A DNA stretch of 44,961 bases, taken from Pseudomonadota bacterium (GTDB lineage Bacteria > Bdellovibrionota_C > UBA2361 > OMII01). Each line of letters starts with the position of its first letter. Position 1 is the stretch's first letter. The position numbers and the translations under genes were made by a program. The stretch spans positions 1-44,961 of the forward strand of contig OMIG01000272.1 in the NCBI GenBank assembly GCA_900299035.1. Direction: 5' to 3'. Of the stretch, positions 10,042 through 17,476 are shown piece after piece. Under the pieces are notes generated by a model, which was given only the letters and a program-made list of their open reading frames with translations, was not told the origin of the DNA and did no database searches.

Positions 10042-10584
10042 TCAGGAGCGGTGAGTGGTCAGCTCGCGCTGGCGCTTGTTCGCCTCTTCGAGTTTCTCTG
10101 CCTCGCTGGTGTCAGCTGAGGCTCCAGGCTTTGCTGCTGTCTTCTGGGGCTGCGGGGAGGGCAATGTCACATCGCCACCGGTCAGCAGCTTGAGCAGAAG
10201 CCGCTCTAGAACCTTGCAGATGTTTGCTATGAGAGCCACAAAGCGGTCGATGAGATTCCCTTGGTACGGATAGAAGGGGTTGCTGAAGACTCCCGACGCA
10301 GTTTTCTCCGGAGCCTTGCCAGATGCCGGGCTCACGCGTTCCGTGCGGGGATCGAGAGCGGAGTCTGTGCCATGCTTGATGATTCGCCTGTCCGGCCTGC
10401 TGCCGACACGGTTAATGCCTGAAGAAGGAATGGAGTTTTGGGATAGGTCGGCCGCAGTGGCACCCGGTGCATCGAGGTTAGCCGGCTTGGTGCCGAGGTC
10501 CTTGGATGCGCGGAGCGAGCTGAGCTCAGAGCTCTCCTGCTCTGGGGGCGCATCAAGACTCTTTAGAGTGGTCCTCTCCGACAT
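10042..10584 (-). CDS. Hypothetical protein (Ser/Pro/Ala-rich, one amphipathic helix)
   Basis: 180-aa ORF with GC-rich third codon positions. No recognisable domain. A central hydrophobic helix LIDRFVALIANICKVLERLLLKLL is flanked by low-complexity sequence. Confidence 0.45.
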   Translation of the reverse strand: MSERTTLKSLDAPPEQESSELSSLRASKDLGTKPANLDAPGATAADLSQNSIPSSGINRVGSRPDRRIIKHGTDSALDPRTERVSPASGKAPEKTASGVFSNPFYPYQGNLIDRFVALIANICKVLERLLLKLLTGGDVTLPSPQPQKTAAKPGASADTSEAEKLEEANKRQRELTTHRS

Positions 10585-10689
10585 AGCGTGCCTAAGATCT
10601 TCCCATCCTAGCTCGTTATGGGCACTTAGTCAGCTTCTGTGCGATACTGTGCGTTTTTGGCAGTATCTGAGGCAATTAAGGACCTTACA

Positions 10690-11781
10690 CTACTCCAGGC
10701 CGGTGGCGAGCAGCAGCCATCGGTGTTCACTGGACATTCCCGACCTGGGATTGACGCCCATTTGGGACCAGCTTCTGGCCTTGAAGATGAAGTGAATTAA
10801 GCCGTCCTGAGCCTCTGCGCCGGGCGGAGGATTCGGATCCTGAGCGCCGACCTTCACCGACTGCTGAACAACGGAGTCGAAGGACGAACTGCCCGATGTT
10901 CCGTGAATCTTCACTCCGAGCAGGTGGCCCTCTTTCGACAGGACCGCCTCCACAGTGGTGAAATCTTGAAGCTGTTGAATCTGCTGCCGGCTAATTCGCT
11001 CCCAGCCCTGAGAGCGTAACTGCGTAAACACCTGCACCGCGACCCGGCGCACAAAACTGGCGTACGTGTTGGCTTTGGCATTCAGCATCGTGATGTCGCC
11101 ATCCGGAAGGTTTGGCAGATGGTCACTGATGCCGGCAGTTCCGAGGAAGGCAGCGCCGGAGCCGGGCGGGCGAGAGAATGCCCGGTAGTCATTGAGGCTT
11201 GAGCGCGATGCGGCAGAGCTTTGGGGAGCTGGATGAGGCGCCTGAGAATTGCCAAATTTCATCGCGAGAGTTGCGTCGTCAAGCTTCAGGCTTTTAATTG
11301 GGTGTTCGCCTTTCGATTGTTCTCGCGGGGGTTGCGGACGCGGCTGAGGCTGCTGTTCCGGCGGCCGTTGTTGTTGTTGTTGTTGTTGCTGCTGTTGCTC
11401 TTGCGGCTTCTGCTGAGGCTGTTGCGAGGGGGGCATACTTGACGGGGCCCCTGGGGCGCCACCGTTGTCACCGCGCTTTATTTGCTCTCGCACGGCAACA
11501 GAATCCGATTCTGAAAGCTTGTTTGTGTTTTCCGGGGGAGGTAGTGACTTTTGTAGCGGAGGCGAGACGATCTGCTTTTGTGGGCTCCGAAGCGCCCGCG
11601 GCATCTCAAGTGTGACGTTGATTGCTGACAATGGCGGCGGGTGCGGAGCATTAGAGGAGAGGATTAGTGCTAGTAGAACCGCATGGATGGCGAGGGACAG
11701 CAAAAGCCCGACCCGTAGAGGGTCTTTTCTAGGTAGGAAGCTGGACTTGAAGGCTGCCATGGGTTCAAATAAGGTTACCAA
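10690..11781 (-). CDS. TonB-family protein (N-terminal anchor, Pro/Gln-rich spacer, TonB_C-like C-terminus)
   Basis: Anchor LRVGLLLSLAIHAVLLALILS, then spacer PQQKPQEQQQQQQQQQQRPPEQQPQPRPQPP. The C-terminal pattern VEAVLSKEGHLLGVKIHGTSGSSSFDSVVQQSV resembles the TonB C-terminal fold signature. Confidence 0.55.
   Translation of the reverse strand: MVTLFEPMAAFKSSFLPRKDPLRVGLLLSLAIHAVLLALILSSNAPHPPPLSAINVTLEMPRALRSPQKQIVSPPLQKSLPPPENTNKLSESDSVAVREQIKRGDNGGAPGAPSSMPPSQQPQQKPQEQQQQQQQQQQRPPEQQPQPRPQPPREQSKGEHPIKSLKLDDATLAMKFGNSQAPHPAPQSSAASRSSLNDYRAFSRPPGSGAAFLGTAGISDHLPNLPDGDITMLNAKANTYASFVRRVAVQVFTQLRSQGWERISRQQIQQLQDFTTVEAVLSKEGHLLGVKIHGTSGSSSFDSVVQQSVKVGAQDPNPPPGAEAQDGLIHFIFKARSWSQMGVNPRSGMSSEHRWLLLATGLE
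11368..11397 (-). repeat. Trinucleotide (CAA/CAG)n tract encoding the poly-Gln run of the TonB-like protein
   Basis: Plus strand reads TTG x7, CTG x2, TTG (11368-11397), in frame in the minus-strand CDS as Q10. Confidence 0.9.
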
Positions 11782-11830
11782 AGGGCCGCCCTAAGTGACA
11801 GACTCGAGGGCAAGCCGAGTAGGGCAGTAA
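11761..11830 (+). repeat. Degenerate relic of the double-hairpin intergenic repeat family (see 17104-17240 and 44813-44961)
   Basis: It shares ordered blocks with the 73-bp unit: gggttc ... ccctaag ... tcgagg ... aagccgag-tagg. The CTTGGC/GCCAAG hairpin is missing and the first hairpin is degraded. Confidence 0.4.
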
Positions 11831-11903
11831 CATGAGCAGTTCCCGTTGGAACTGGTCGCGTGGCAGGTCGCCCTCCTGCGGGGAGCCAAAGAGCGGAGTT
11901 CGT

Positions 11904-12095
11904 ATGGGATCGTTGGGAGCATGGGAGATTGGGCTGATTGCCTTGGTGGTTGTCATCCTGTTTGGCACAAAGAAGCTTCCGGAGCTCGGAGCGGGCCTAG
12001 GAAAAGCGATCAGCAACTTCAAGAAGTCTTACCGGGAAGGCGGAGAGATAGACGTTACTCCCCAGGATCAGAAGCCAAAAGACGACCAGAAGTAG
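11904..12095 (+). CDS. tatA: Twin-arginine translocase subunit TatA/E
   Basis: MGSLGAWEIGLIALVVVILFGTKKLPELGAGLGKAISNFKK is a classic TatA TM plus amphipathic helix. GGAG lies 6 nt upstream of ATG 11904. The track ORF start at 11832 is too long. Confidence 0.9.
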   Translation: MGSLGAWEIGLIALVVVILFGTKKLPELGAGLGKAISNFKKSYREGGEIDVTPQDQKPKDDQK

Positions 12096-12139
12096 GTCGG
12101 CTCACACCGGGCAGCCGCTAGCCATACATCACATCATCC

Positions 12140-13420
12140 TTAGCGTACTGAGAACACGCGGGCGGAGAAGAAGCGAATCTTCGCTGGCTCAATCTCCCCT
12201 TCGCCGTCGCCAGCGGAGGAAGAGTCGTCTTGTACCAGGGCGACGGTGAAGGGCACCAGCTCGCCAGGGGCGATGGACGCGTCGCGAGCTCCTAGCGCCC
12301 GCTGGAACTTAACGATAGTGCTACGTTCAAGATCTGAAAGTTTCTCGCCCGCGAGCGCGGAGTGAAGCGGAGCTTTGGCAGACAGGAGAACTTCGCCTCG
12401 CTCGTTGAATCCGAGCGCTTCGAGGGTCACCTCCGAGATGGGATTGCTCGAAGCATTGAAAAGCTTTCCAGTGACAACAGCCACCTGCTCTCGGGCCGGC
12501 GTGCGAACGAACTTCAGGGATAGGTCCCGGATGGTCAGGTCGGTTGGCGGAAGCTGCGGAACGGAGCGAGACATTGCCGAAGGCAGCGTGAAGCCCAAAA
12601 GAGTGCCAGTGGAGCGGGGACTAATCCGTGCCGAGTACGAGACGAGGAGTAGCGCTGCCATGGCCATCGCTAGGGGCCAGGATAGCTTGGCAAGACCTCT
12701 CGTTTTTGGGGAAAGCCTCCGGAGAGCTCGACGCAGCGGGCCGCTCGTCGCCGCTTCACCGGCTTTGAGAAGCAGCTCCTCATTTTCGGCTGAGAGTGTA
12801 GGCTCAATCGCCTCTGGGAGCGGGACGGTGGAGCGCAGCGGATTGGATGCCCGGTGGTTTACCTTGCCGGAAGGAACCTGCGGACGAAGAGCCTGAGCAG
12901 GGGCAAATCCTCCCGCCGGCTTTTGAGAATCGAGGTTGGCTTGCCCTTGGGTTAGAAGGGAGAGTCCGCTGCTCATCGAAATCGACTCTGTTGGGGTGGA
13001 GGTTGGCGGAGACGCCTGAGGCGCCTGTTCAGAGGCATCGGGCAGCTCGTCTTCCCAGCTTGAATTGCCGATAGAGAAGTCCGATGGGCTCAACGGGTTG
13101 GTGCGCACAACAGAAGAGAGAAGGTCAGCGTTCTCAATCGTCTTCATCGGATCGGCGAGAACCCAGCGGGCGCTGCTGGCGGAAGCTGTCTCCGAGGGTG
13201 TAACGGGCAGAGGCTTGGACTGCGGCTCCTTACTTGGAAAGTCCTTCATCAGAAAGACTGTGTCACAACGAGAGCAGTGAAAGCGTGGCACTTCCAGTGC
13301 AGCGACGGTCGAGCTTTCGACCGCGAACTTTGTGCTGCAGGATGGGCAGCAGATAACAATGTGTGGAGCGGCTGAGTCTGTTTCTAAGGCATTTTTCTGC
13401 GAGCCGGTGAAGGAACTCAT
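12140..13420 (-). CDS. Zinc-ribbon (MJ0042-type) membrane protein with DUF3426-like C-terminal domain
   Basis: N-terminal CPSCSTKF...FHCSRCDTVF double CxxC ribbon, long Ser/Pro-rich linker, single TM (LSWPLAMAMAALLLVSY), C-terminal beta-rich domain. The start is ambiguous (13420, 13441 or 13486). Confidence 0.6.
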   Translation of the reverse strand: MSSFTGSQKNALETDSAAPHIVICCPSCSTKFAVESSTVAALEVPRFHCSRCDTVFLMKDFPSKEPQSKPLPVTPSETASASSARWVLADPMKTIENADLLSSVVRTNPLSPSDFSIGNSSWEDELPDASEQAPQASPPTSTPTESISMSSGLSLLTQGQANLDSQKPAGGFAPAQALRPQVPSGKVNHRASNPLRSTVPLPEAIEPTLSAENEELLLKAGEAATSGPLRRALRRLSPKTRGLAKLSWPLAMAMAALLLVSYSARISPRSTGTLLGFTLPSAMSRSVPQLPPTDLTIRDLSLKFVRTPAREQVAVVTGKLFNASSNPISEVTLEALGFNERGEVLLSAKAPLHSALAGEKLSDLERSTIVKFQRALGARDASIAPGELVPFTVALVQDDSSSAGDGEGEIEPAKIRFFSARVFSVR

Positions 13421-13749
13421 GTCAGAGGCCTTGGGAAGCATTAACACCTGTGCCAGATACCAGGAGGCGGTCGACACATCGCGCAAACTGCGTTTGCGCC
13501 GGTTGCCACCTCGCTTTTGTTAAGGATGCCCGAGCCGACCGAAGCACCCAAATGTTTGCCAACTCAAGGAACGCCCGCCGCCTGCCAAGACTGTAGCTGC
13601 AGCGCAACCCTCGACGTAGATTCAAGAGTATACGGGCTTTGATGAAAGCGCACTAGCTATAAAATTCGGCACGTTATGAGGTAACCCTGGAAAACTTGCC
13701 CGAGAGTTTTTCAACAGCGTTAAAAAAGGGTACTTTTGCCGCGATTTTT

Positions 13750-14571
13750 ATGAACAAACGAAACAGATTCGTACCGCAAAAAAGAGAGCGGATGCCCGCG
13801 TCCGAAGGGCTCATTATGGGCCGTAATTGTGTGGCGGAGGTAATCAGGCACCGCCCGGATCGCCTCGTGAAGGTCTACTTGGCAGAGCAGCAGGGCCCAG
13901 AGCGCAGCTCGGAGCCTCGCCGCCTGCTGGAGGCTGAGTTGAAGCGCCTGGGGGTGCAGGTCGTAGAGGTCTCGCGGCGCGAGTTGGACGATCTGGTGCA
14001 ATCAGAGTCTCACCAGGGCGTTGTGGCGGAGGTCTCAAATCGGGCGTTTCTCACGCTTGACGAACTGCGTGGCCTGGCCGAATCGCGCGAGGATCTCCGC
14101 GTCCTTGCCCTCGATGGCGTTCTGGATCCGCAGAACTTCGGTGCCATCCTGCGGGCCGCAGAGTGTTTCGGAGTAGACGCGGTGCTCTGGTCGAAGAATC
14201 GTTCTGCGCCGCTCGGCCCGGTGGTCTCCAAGTCGAGCGTAGGAGCAAGTGAGCTTGTGCCTCTGTGCCCAGTCTCCAACCTGCACCAAGCCCTCGAGGC
14301 GCTCAAGCGAGTTGGAGTTTGGATCGCCGGGGCTGTTGTGGCGCCAGATGCCGTGGCGCTTGAGAGTTTTGAGTTTCCGCGCAAGTGCGTTGTGGTGATG
14401 GGCTCAGAGGGAGAGGGGATTCAGCCTCTCATCGAAAAGAGCCTTGATTTTAGGCTCTTTGTGGCTATGCACGGAGTCGTTTCGTCGCTCAACGTATCCC
14501 AGGCCTCAACCCTAATGCTGCACGCTTTGGCTGCTCAGCGCCCCAACTTGGGGGATGTTAAAGCGACTTAA
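13750..14571 (+). CDS. rlmB: SpoU/TrmH-family 23S rRNA 2'-O-ribose methyltransferase (RlmB-like)
   Basis: LALDGVLDPQNFGAILRAAECFGVD, VVMGSEGEGI, SSLNVSQAS motifs. The start is uncertain (13696 TTG, 13750 ATG or 13792 ATG). Confidence 0.8.
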   Translation: MNKRNRFVPQKRERMPASEGLIMGRNCVAEVIRHRPDRLVKVYLAEQQGPERSSEPRRLLEAELKRLGVQVVEVSRRELDDLVQSESHQGVVAEVSNRAFLTLDELRGLAESREDLRVLALDGVLDPQNFGAILRAAECFGVDAVLWSKNRSAPLGPVVSKSSVGASELVPLCPVSNLHQALEALKRVGVWIAGAVVAPDAVALESFEFPRKCVVVMGSEGEGIQPLIEKSLDFRLFVAMHGVVSSLNVSQASTLMLHALAAQRPNLGDVKAT

Positions 14572-14593
14572 AGTACGGTAACCTTTACTTCCT

Positions 14594-15394
14594 ATGACAT
14601 CAGCAGAGCAGTACTCCCGTTTCTTTGAGGTTCGCCTAGACCTATTTGACGGACCGATCGACCTCCTCCTCCACCTCGTGAAGAAGCGTGAGCTCCCGAT
14701 CGAAAAGGTGTCGCTGGCTGAAGTTACCGGGCAGTACCTAGAATGCATCAAGGCCTTGCGCTACTACGACGTCGAGGTGGCGGCTGAGTACCTGGTTATC
14801 GCTGCGACGCTAATCTCGGTGAAGGCCAGCGTCTTGCTCAACGATCCGGTCGAGCTTATCCCCGATGAAAATGGCGACTTGGTTGATCCTCATGAACAGC
14901 TGCTCGCGCGCCTCAAAGAGCTAGAGGCATACCGCCTCGCGGCCCGAGATATCGGCGCGCGCCCGGCGCTGGGACATGAGGTGTTTGCGGCCCCAGTGAA
15001 GGCCTCGAAGATAGACCCCGCCTTGATTCCCCTGGCGAACCATGAGTCTGAGCTTCTCGCTAGGGCCTTTCACAAGGTGCTGGAGCGCCTCGGTGAAAAG
15101 AGCGCTGTCTTCTCAATCACAGTCGACGCAGTGTCCGTGGTCGAGCGGATGAGGCTAGTCGTTGACTCGCTCCGTATCTCGGGCGGCATCTCCACATTTG
15201 ATGAGCTTCTGGGAAGCTCCCCCGATCGAGGGACTGCTATCGGAGTGTTCTGCGCGCTCCTAGAGCTCTGTCGCCGTCGTGTAATAGCGGTAGTGCAGGT
15301 CGGCCCAAAAGAGGAGATCCAGGTTCGCCTCGCGGATCTTGAGCAAGCGGCCGCCAACGAAGCAGATCCTATCGAGGAAGAAGTCGCAGCGTAG
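14594..15394 (+). CDS. scpA: Segregation and condensation protein A (kleisin)
   Basis: FEVRLDLFDGPIDLLLHLVKKRELPIEKVSLAEVTGQYLE is the conserved ScpA N-terminus. scpB is immediately downstream. Confidence 0.9.
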   Translation: MTSAEQYSRFFEVRLDLFDGPIDLLLHLVKKRELPIEKVSLAEVTGQYLECIKALRYYDVEVAAEYLVIAATLISVKASVLLNDPVELIPDENGDLVDPHEQLLARLKELEAYRLAARDIGARPALGHEVFAAPVKASKIDPALIPLANHESELLARAFHKVLERLGEKSAVFSITVDAVSVVERMRLVVDSLRISGGISTFDELLGSSPDRGTAIGVFCALLELCRRRVIAVVQVGPKEEIQVRLADLEQAAANEADPIEEEVAA

Positions 15395-15438
15395 CGGTTC
15401 TCTGTAATTCATTTGTCGTTTTTTCTACCGGAGTTGTG

Positions 15439-16191
15439 ATGACCAAAAGAGACAAAGCAATCGAAGACAGGGAGGCGAACGGCGTTGTGCCTGAGCAAGC
15501 GGAGTCGGGACTGCCGACGGAATCTCCGGAAATTGCTCGGCCGCAGCTCTCTGATGATGAGAAGATAGGGCTGCTTGAGGCGTTGCTGCTGGCCAGTGGG
15601 GACCCGCTCTCGATTTCGCGTATTCAAGAGATCCTCGGCTGCCAAAAGTCAGAGGTGCTCGCCATGGCGGATGCTCTGCAGCAAGCCTGCGTGGCTGATA
15701 GCAGGGGCATCGAGGTGGTTGTTGTGGCCGAGAAGCTTCAGCTGAGGACGAAAGCGGTTTTTGCTGACTACGTGCGGCAACTCATGGCAGTGCGTCCCCG
15801 CAAGCTCTCGCAGGCTGCCTTAGAGACCCTGGCGGTAATCGCATACCAACAGCCCGTCGTGAAGAGTGAGATCGACAAGATTAGGGGTGTCGATGTAGCT
15901 CCGACTATCAAGACGCTTCTCGAAAGAAATCTTGTGAAGATAATCGGCTACCAAGCTTCAGTGGGCCAGCCAGCGCTGTACGGCACTACGGAAGAGTTTC
16001 TCAAGGTATTTGGATTGCCGGCCCTTTCGTCGTTGCCAGCCATGCGAGACTTGAAAGCTCTCGTGAAGGAGCCGGGAGAGGCTCTTGAGGGTGGACAGTC
16101 AGATGACGCAGGCGACATCGAGGGTCCTGAAGTCGAGGAGCCCATCACTAGCGCGAATCCGGCCGAGGGCCGAGGCGCTACGGCATCCTAG
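15439..16191 (+). CDS. scpB: Segregation and condensation protein B
   Basis: LLEALLLASGDPLSISRIQEIL and LETLAVIAYQQPVVKSEIDKIRGV winged-helix motifs. It follows scpA. Confidence 0.9.
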   Translation: MTKRDKAIEDREANGVVPEQAESGLPTESPEIARPQLSDDEKIGLLEALLLASGDPLSISRIQEILGCQKSEVLAMADALQQACVADSRGIEVVVVAEKLQLRTKAVFADYVRQLMAVRPRKLSQAALETLAVIAYQQPVVKSEIDKIRGVDVAPTIKTLLERNLVKIIGYQASVGQPALYGTTEEFLKVFGLPALSSLPAMRDLKALVKEPGEALEGGQSDDAGDIEGPEVEEPITSANPAEGRGATAS

Positions 16192-16223
16192 AAGGTGACT
16201 CGCTCAGTTCTCAGAGGGTAACA

Positions 16224-17108
16224 GTGGCTCAAGTACGGCTTCAGAAGTTTCTGGCGGAGTGTGGTGTTGGCTCGCGGCGCAAGATGGAGGAATTCATCGT
16301 CGAGGGCCGCATTCGTGTCAACGGCAAGGTTGTAAACCAGCTCGGGGCGAAGGTCGATCCGGACGCGGATCGGATCGAGGTTAACCGGATTCCGGTCAAG
16401 ACCGCCCCGAAGGGCATCATGCTGCTCAATAAGCCTCGAGGTGTTGTCTCGACGTTAAGTGATCCAGAAGGCCGCCGCACAGTCGCAGAGTTTCTGACGA
16501 AGCATTACCGCTCGTACTTCCCGGTGGGGCGGCTAGACTGGAACTCGACAGGGCTAATGATTCTCACTAATGACGGTGAGATCGCTGAAAGGCTGATGCA
16601 CCCGAAGTTCGGTTTCGAGCGCATTTACCAGGCTCGGGTAGAGGGCACAGTCAGTGAGGAGACGCTCGCCAAGGTATCCCGTGGCGTGAAGCTTTCAGAT
16701 GGCATGGTTCGCGCAAGTGCTACGATTGTGCGCAACCAGGGCGAATCAACCTGGGTCGAAGTGGAGATTCGAGAGGGGCGGAATCGGGTTGTGAGAAGGC
16801 TTTTCGACAAGCTAGGCCACCCGGTGATGAAGCTAAAGCGCACTAAGTACGGCCCCTTCAAGCTTGGCAGCCTCGATGTCGGCCAGGTCCGTGTGCTCAC
16901 CTTTAAGGAGTACCAGCAGGCTCGCCGTAAAGTGATGATGCAACGAGAAGGGGCGGGAGAAGACGCAGCCAGCGCCGATAGTCATCCGAGAAGCAAGACA
17001 GATCGGCAGCCAAGACGGCCAGGACAGTCCGCGCACCCAGGCCGCGGCAGGACGCCGACGGGCAATCGTCCGAGGCGCTACCCGAAGCCCCGCCGCAGAA
17101 GGGGCTAG
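16224..17108 (+). CDS. rluB: 23S rRNA pseudouridine synthase, RsuA/RluB family, with S4 domain and Arg-rich tail
   Basis: S4 N-terminus (RLQKFLAECGVGSRRKMEEFIVEGRIRVNG), catalytic motif GRLDWNSTGLMILTNDG, basic C-terminal tail. The scpA-scpB-rluB order is a common conserved cluster. Confidence 0.85.
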   Translation: MAQVRLQKFLAECGVGSRRKMEEFIVEGRIRVNGKVVNQLGAKVDPDADRIEVNRIPVKTAPKGIMLLNKPRGVVSTLSDPEGRRTVAEFLTKHYRSYFPVGRLDWNSTGLMILTNDGEIAERLMHPKFGFERIYQARVEGTVSEETLAKVSRGVKLSDGMVRASATIVRNQGESTWVEVEIREGRNRVVRRLFDKLGHPVMKLKRTKYGPFKLGSLDVGQVRVLTFKEYQQARRKVMMQREGAGEDAASADSHPRSKTDRQPRRPGQSAHPGRGRTPTGNRPRRYPKPRRRRG

Positions 17109-17240
17109 GGCCCAAGCTGCGTCATCGAGATCTTGGCGAAGCCAAGCCGAGATAGGAATCACAAAGATGCTTCAGGGTTCTTAGGGGCTTTTCCCTAAGC
17201 CGTCATCGAGATCTTGGCGAAGCCAAGTCGAGATAGGAAT
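17104..17240 (+). repeat. Double-hairpin intergenic repeat family, locus A: about 1.5 units with 81-bp period between the rluB stop and the tRNA 3' end
   Basis: cgtcatcgagatcttggcgaagccaagYcgagataggaat occurs at 17120 and 17201. Palindromes are CTTGGC-gaa-GCCAAG (17132-17146, 17213-17227) and CTTAGGG-N6-CCCTAAG (17180-17199). It is the same family and orientation as 44813-44961. Confidence 0.85.
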
Positions 17241-17243
17241 AGA

Positions 17244-17321
17244 TGGAAGCGGGGGTGGGATTTGAACCCACGACCTCCAGGTTATGAGCCTGACGAGCTA
17301 ACCGGGCTGCTCTACCCCGCA
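17244..17321 (-). tRNA. tRNA-Met (anticodon CAU), initiator (fMet)-like, CCA encoded
   Basis: The reverse complement folds as a cloverleaf: U-GCGGGG-UA-GAGC-AGCCCGGUUA-GCUC-G-UCAGG-CUCAUAA-CCUGG-AGGUC-GUGGG-UUCAAAU-CCCAC-CCCCGCU-U-CCA. It is near-identical in D and T arms to E. coli tRNA-fMet as I recall it. A11:U24 is present and position 1:72 is unpaired. Confidence 0.85.
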
Positions 17322-17344
17322 TCAAGAACTAACAGCGGACCGGG

Positions 17345-17373
17345 ACTATACACGGCAGGCATCGCAGGTGCAA
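17345..17373 (-). promoter_or_regulatory. Sigma70-type promoter for the tRNA gene (TTGCAC-17 nt-TATAGT)
   Basis: The minus strand reads TTGCAC ctgcgatgcctgccgtg TATAGT, with the -10 ending 23 nt upstream of tRNA position 1. Confidence 0.6.
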
Positions 17374-17476
17374 GCGAACGGAGCCTAAAGGCTCACAACG
17401 CCTGAAAATAGCCGGATTTTCCGGTCTCTAGCGTGAATTCAGTCCCCTTAGCAGAGCATCTGACACTAGCAGGAAG

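Noticed and set aside
10280-10795. A 171-aa plus-strand ORF overlapping both 10042-10584 and the 3' end of the TonB-like gene
   Set aside because: It has a TTG start, no ribosome-binding site and an Arg/Ser/Leu-rich composition. The minus-strand ORFs show the GC3 bias expected of real genes.
11758-11771. An 11-nt identity (tgggttcaaat) to the T-arm of the tRNA at 17.3 kb, considered as a possible att-site remnant
   Set aside because: The orientation is inverted relative to the tRNA gene and the match does not extend into the acceptor stem. The gggttc part is also the start of the intergenic repeat unit, which explains it better.
11832-11903. The longer tatA ORF start at 11832
   Set aside because: The 24 extra residues are Ser/Arg/Trp-rich and precede a good GGAG ribosome-binding site for ATG 11904. 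That start gives a canonical 63-aa TatA.
17214-17405. A 63-aa plus-strand ORF overlapping the tRNA
   Set aside because: It is the antisense reading of the tRNA gene and its promoter, and it starts inside the repeat element. There is no coding evidence.
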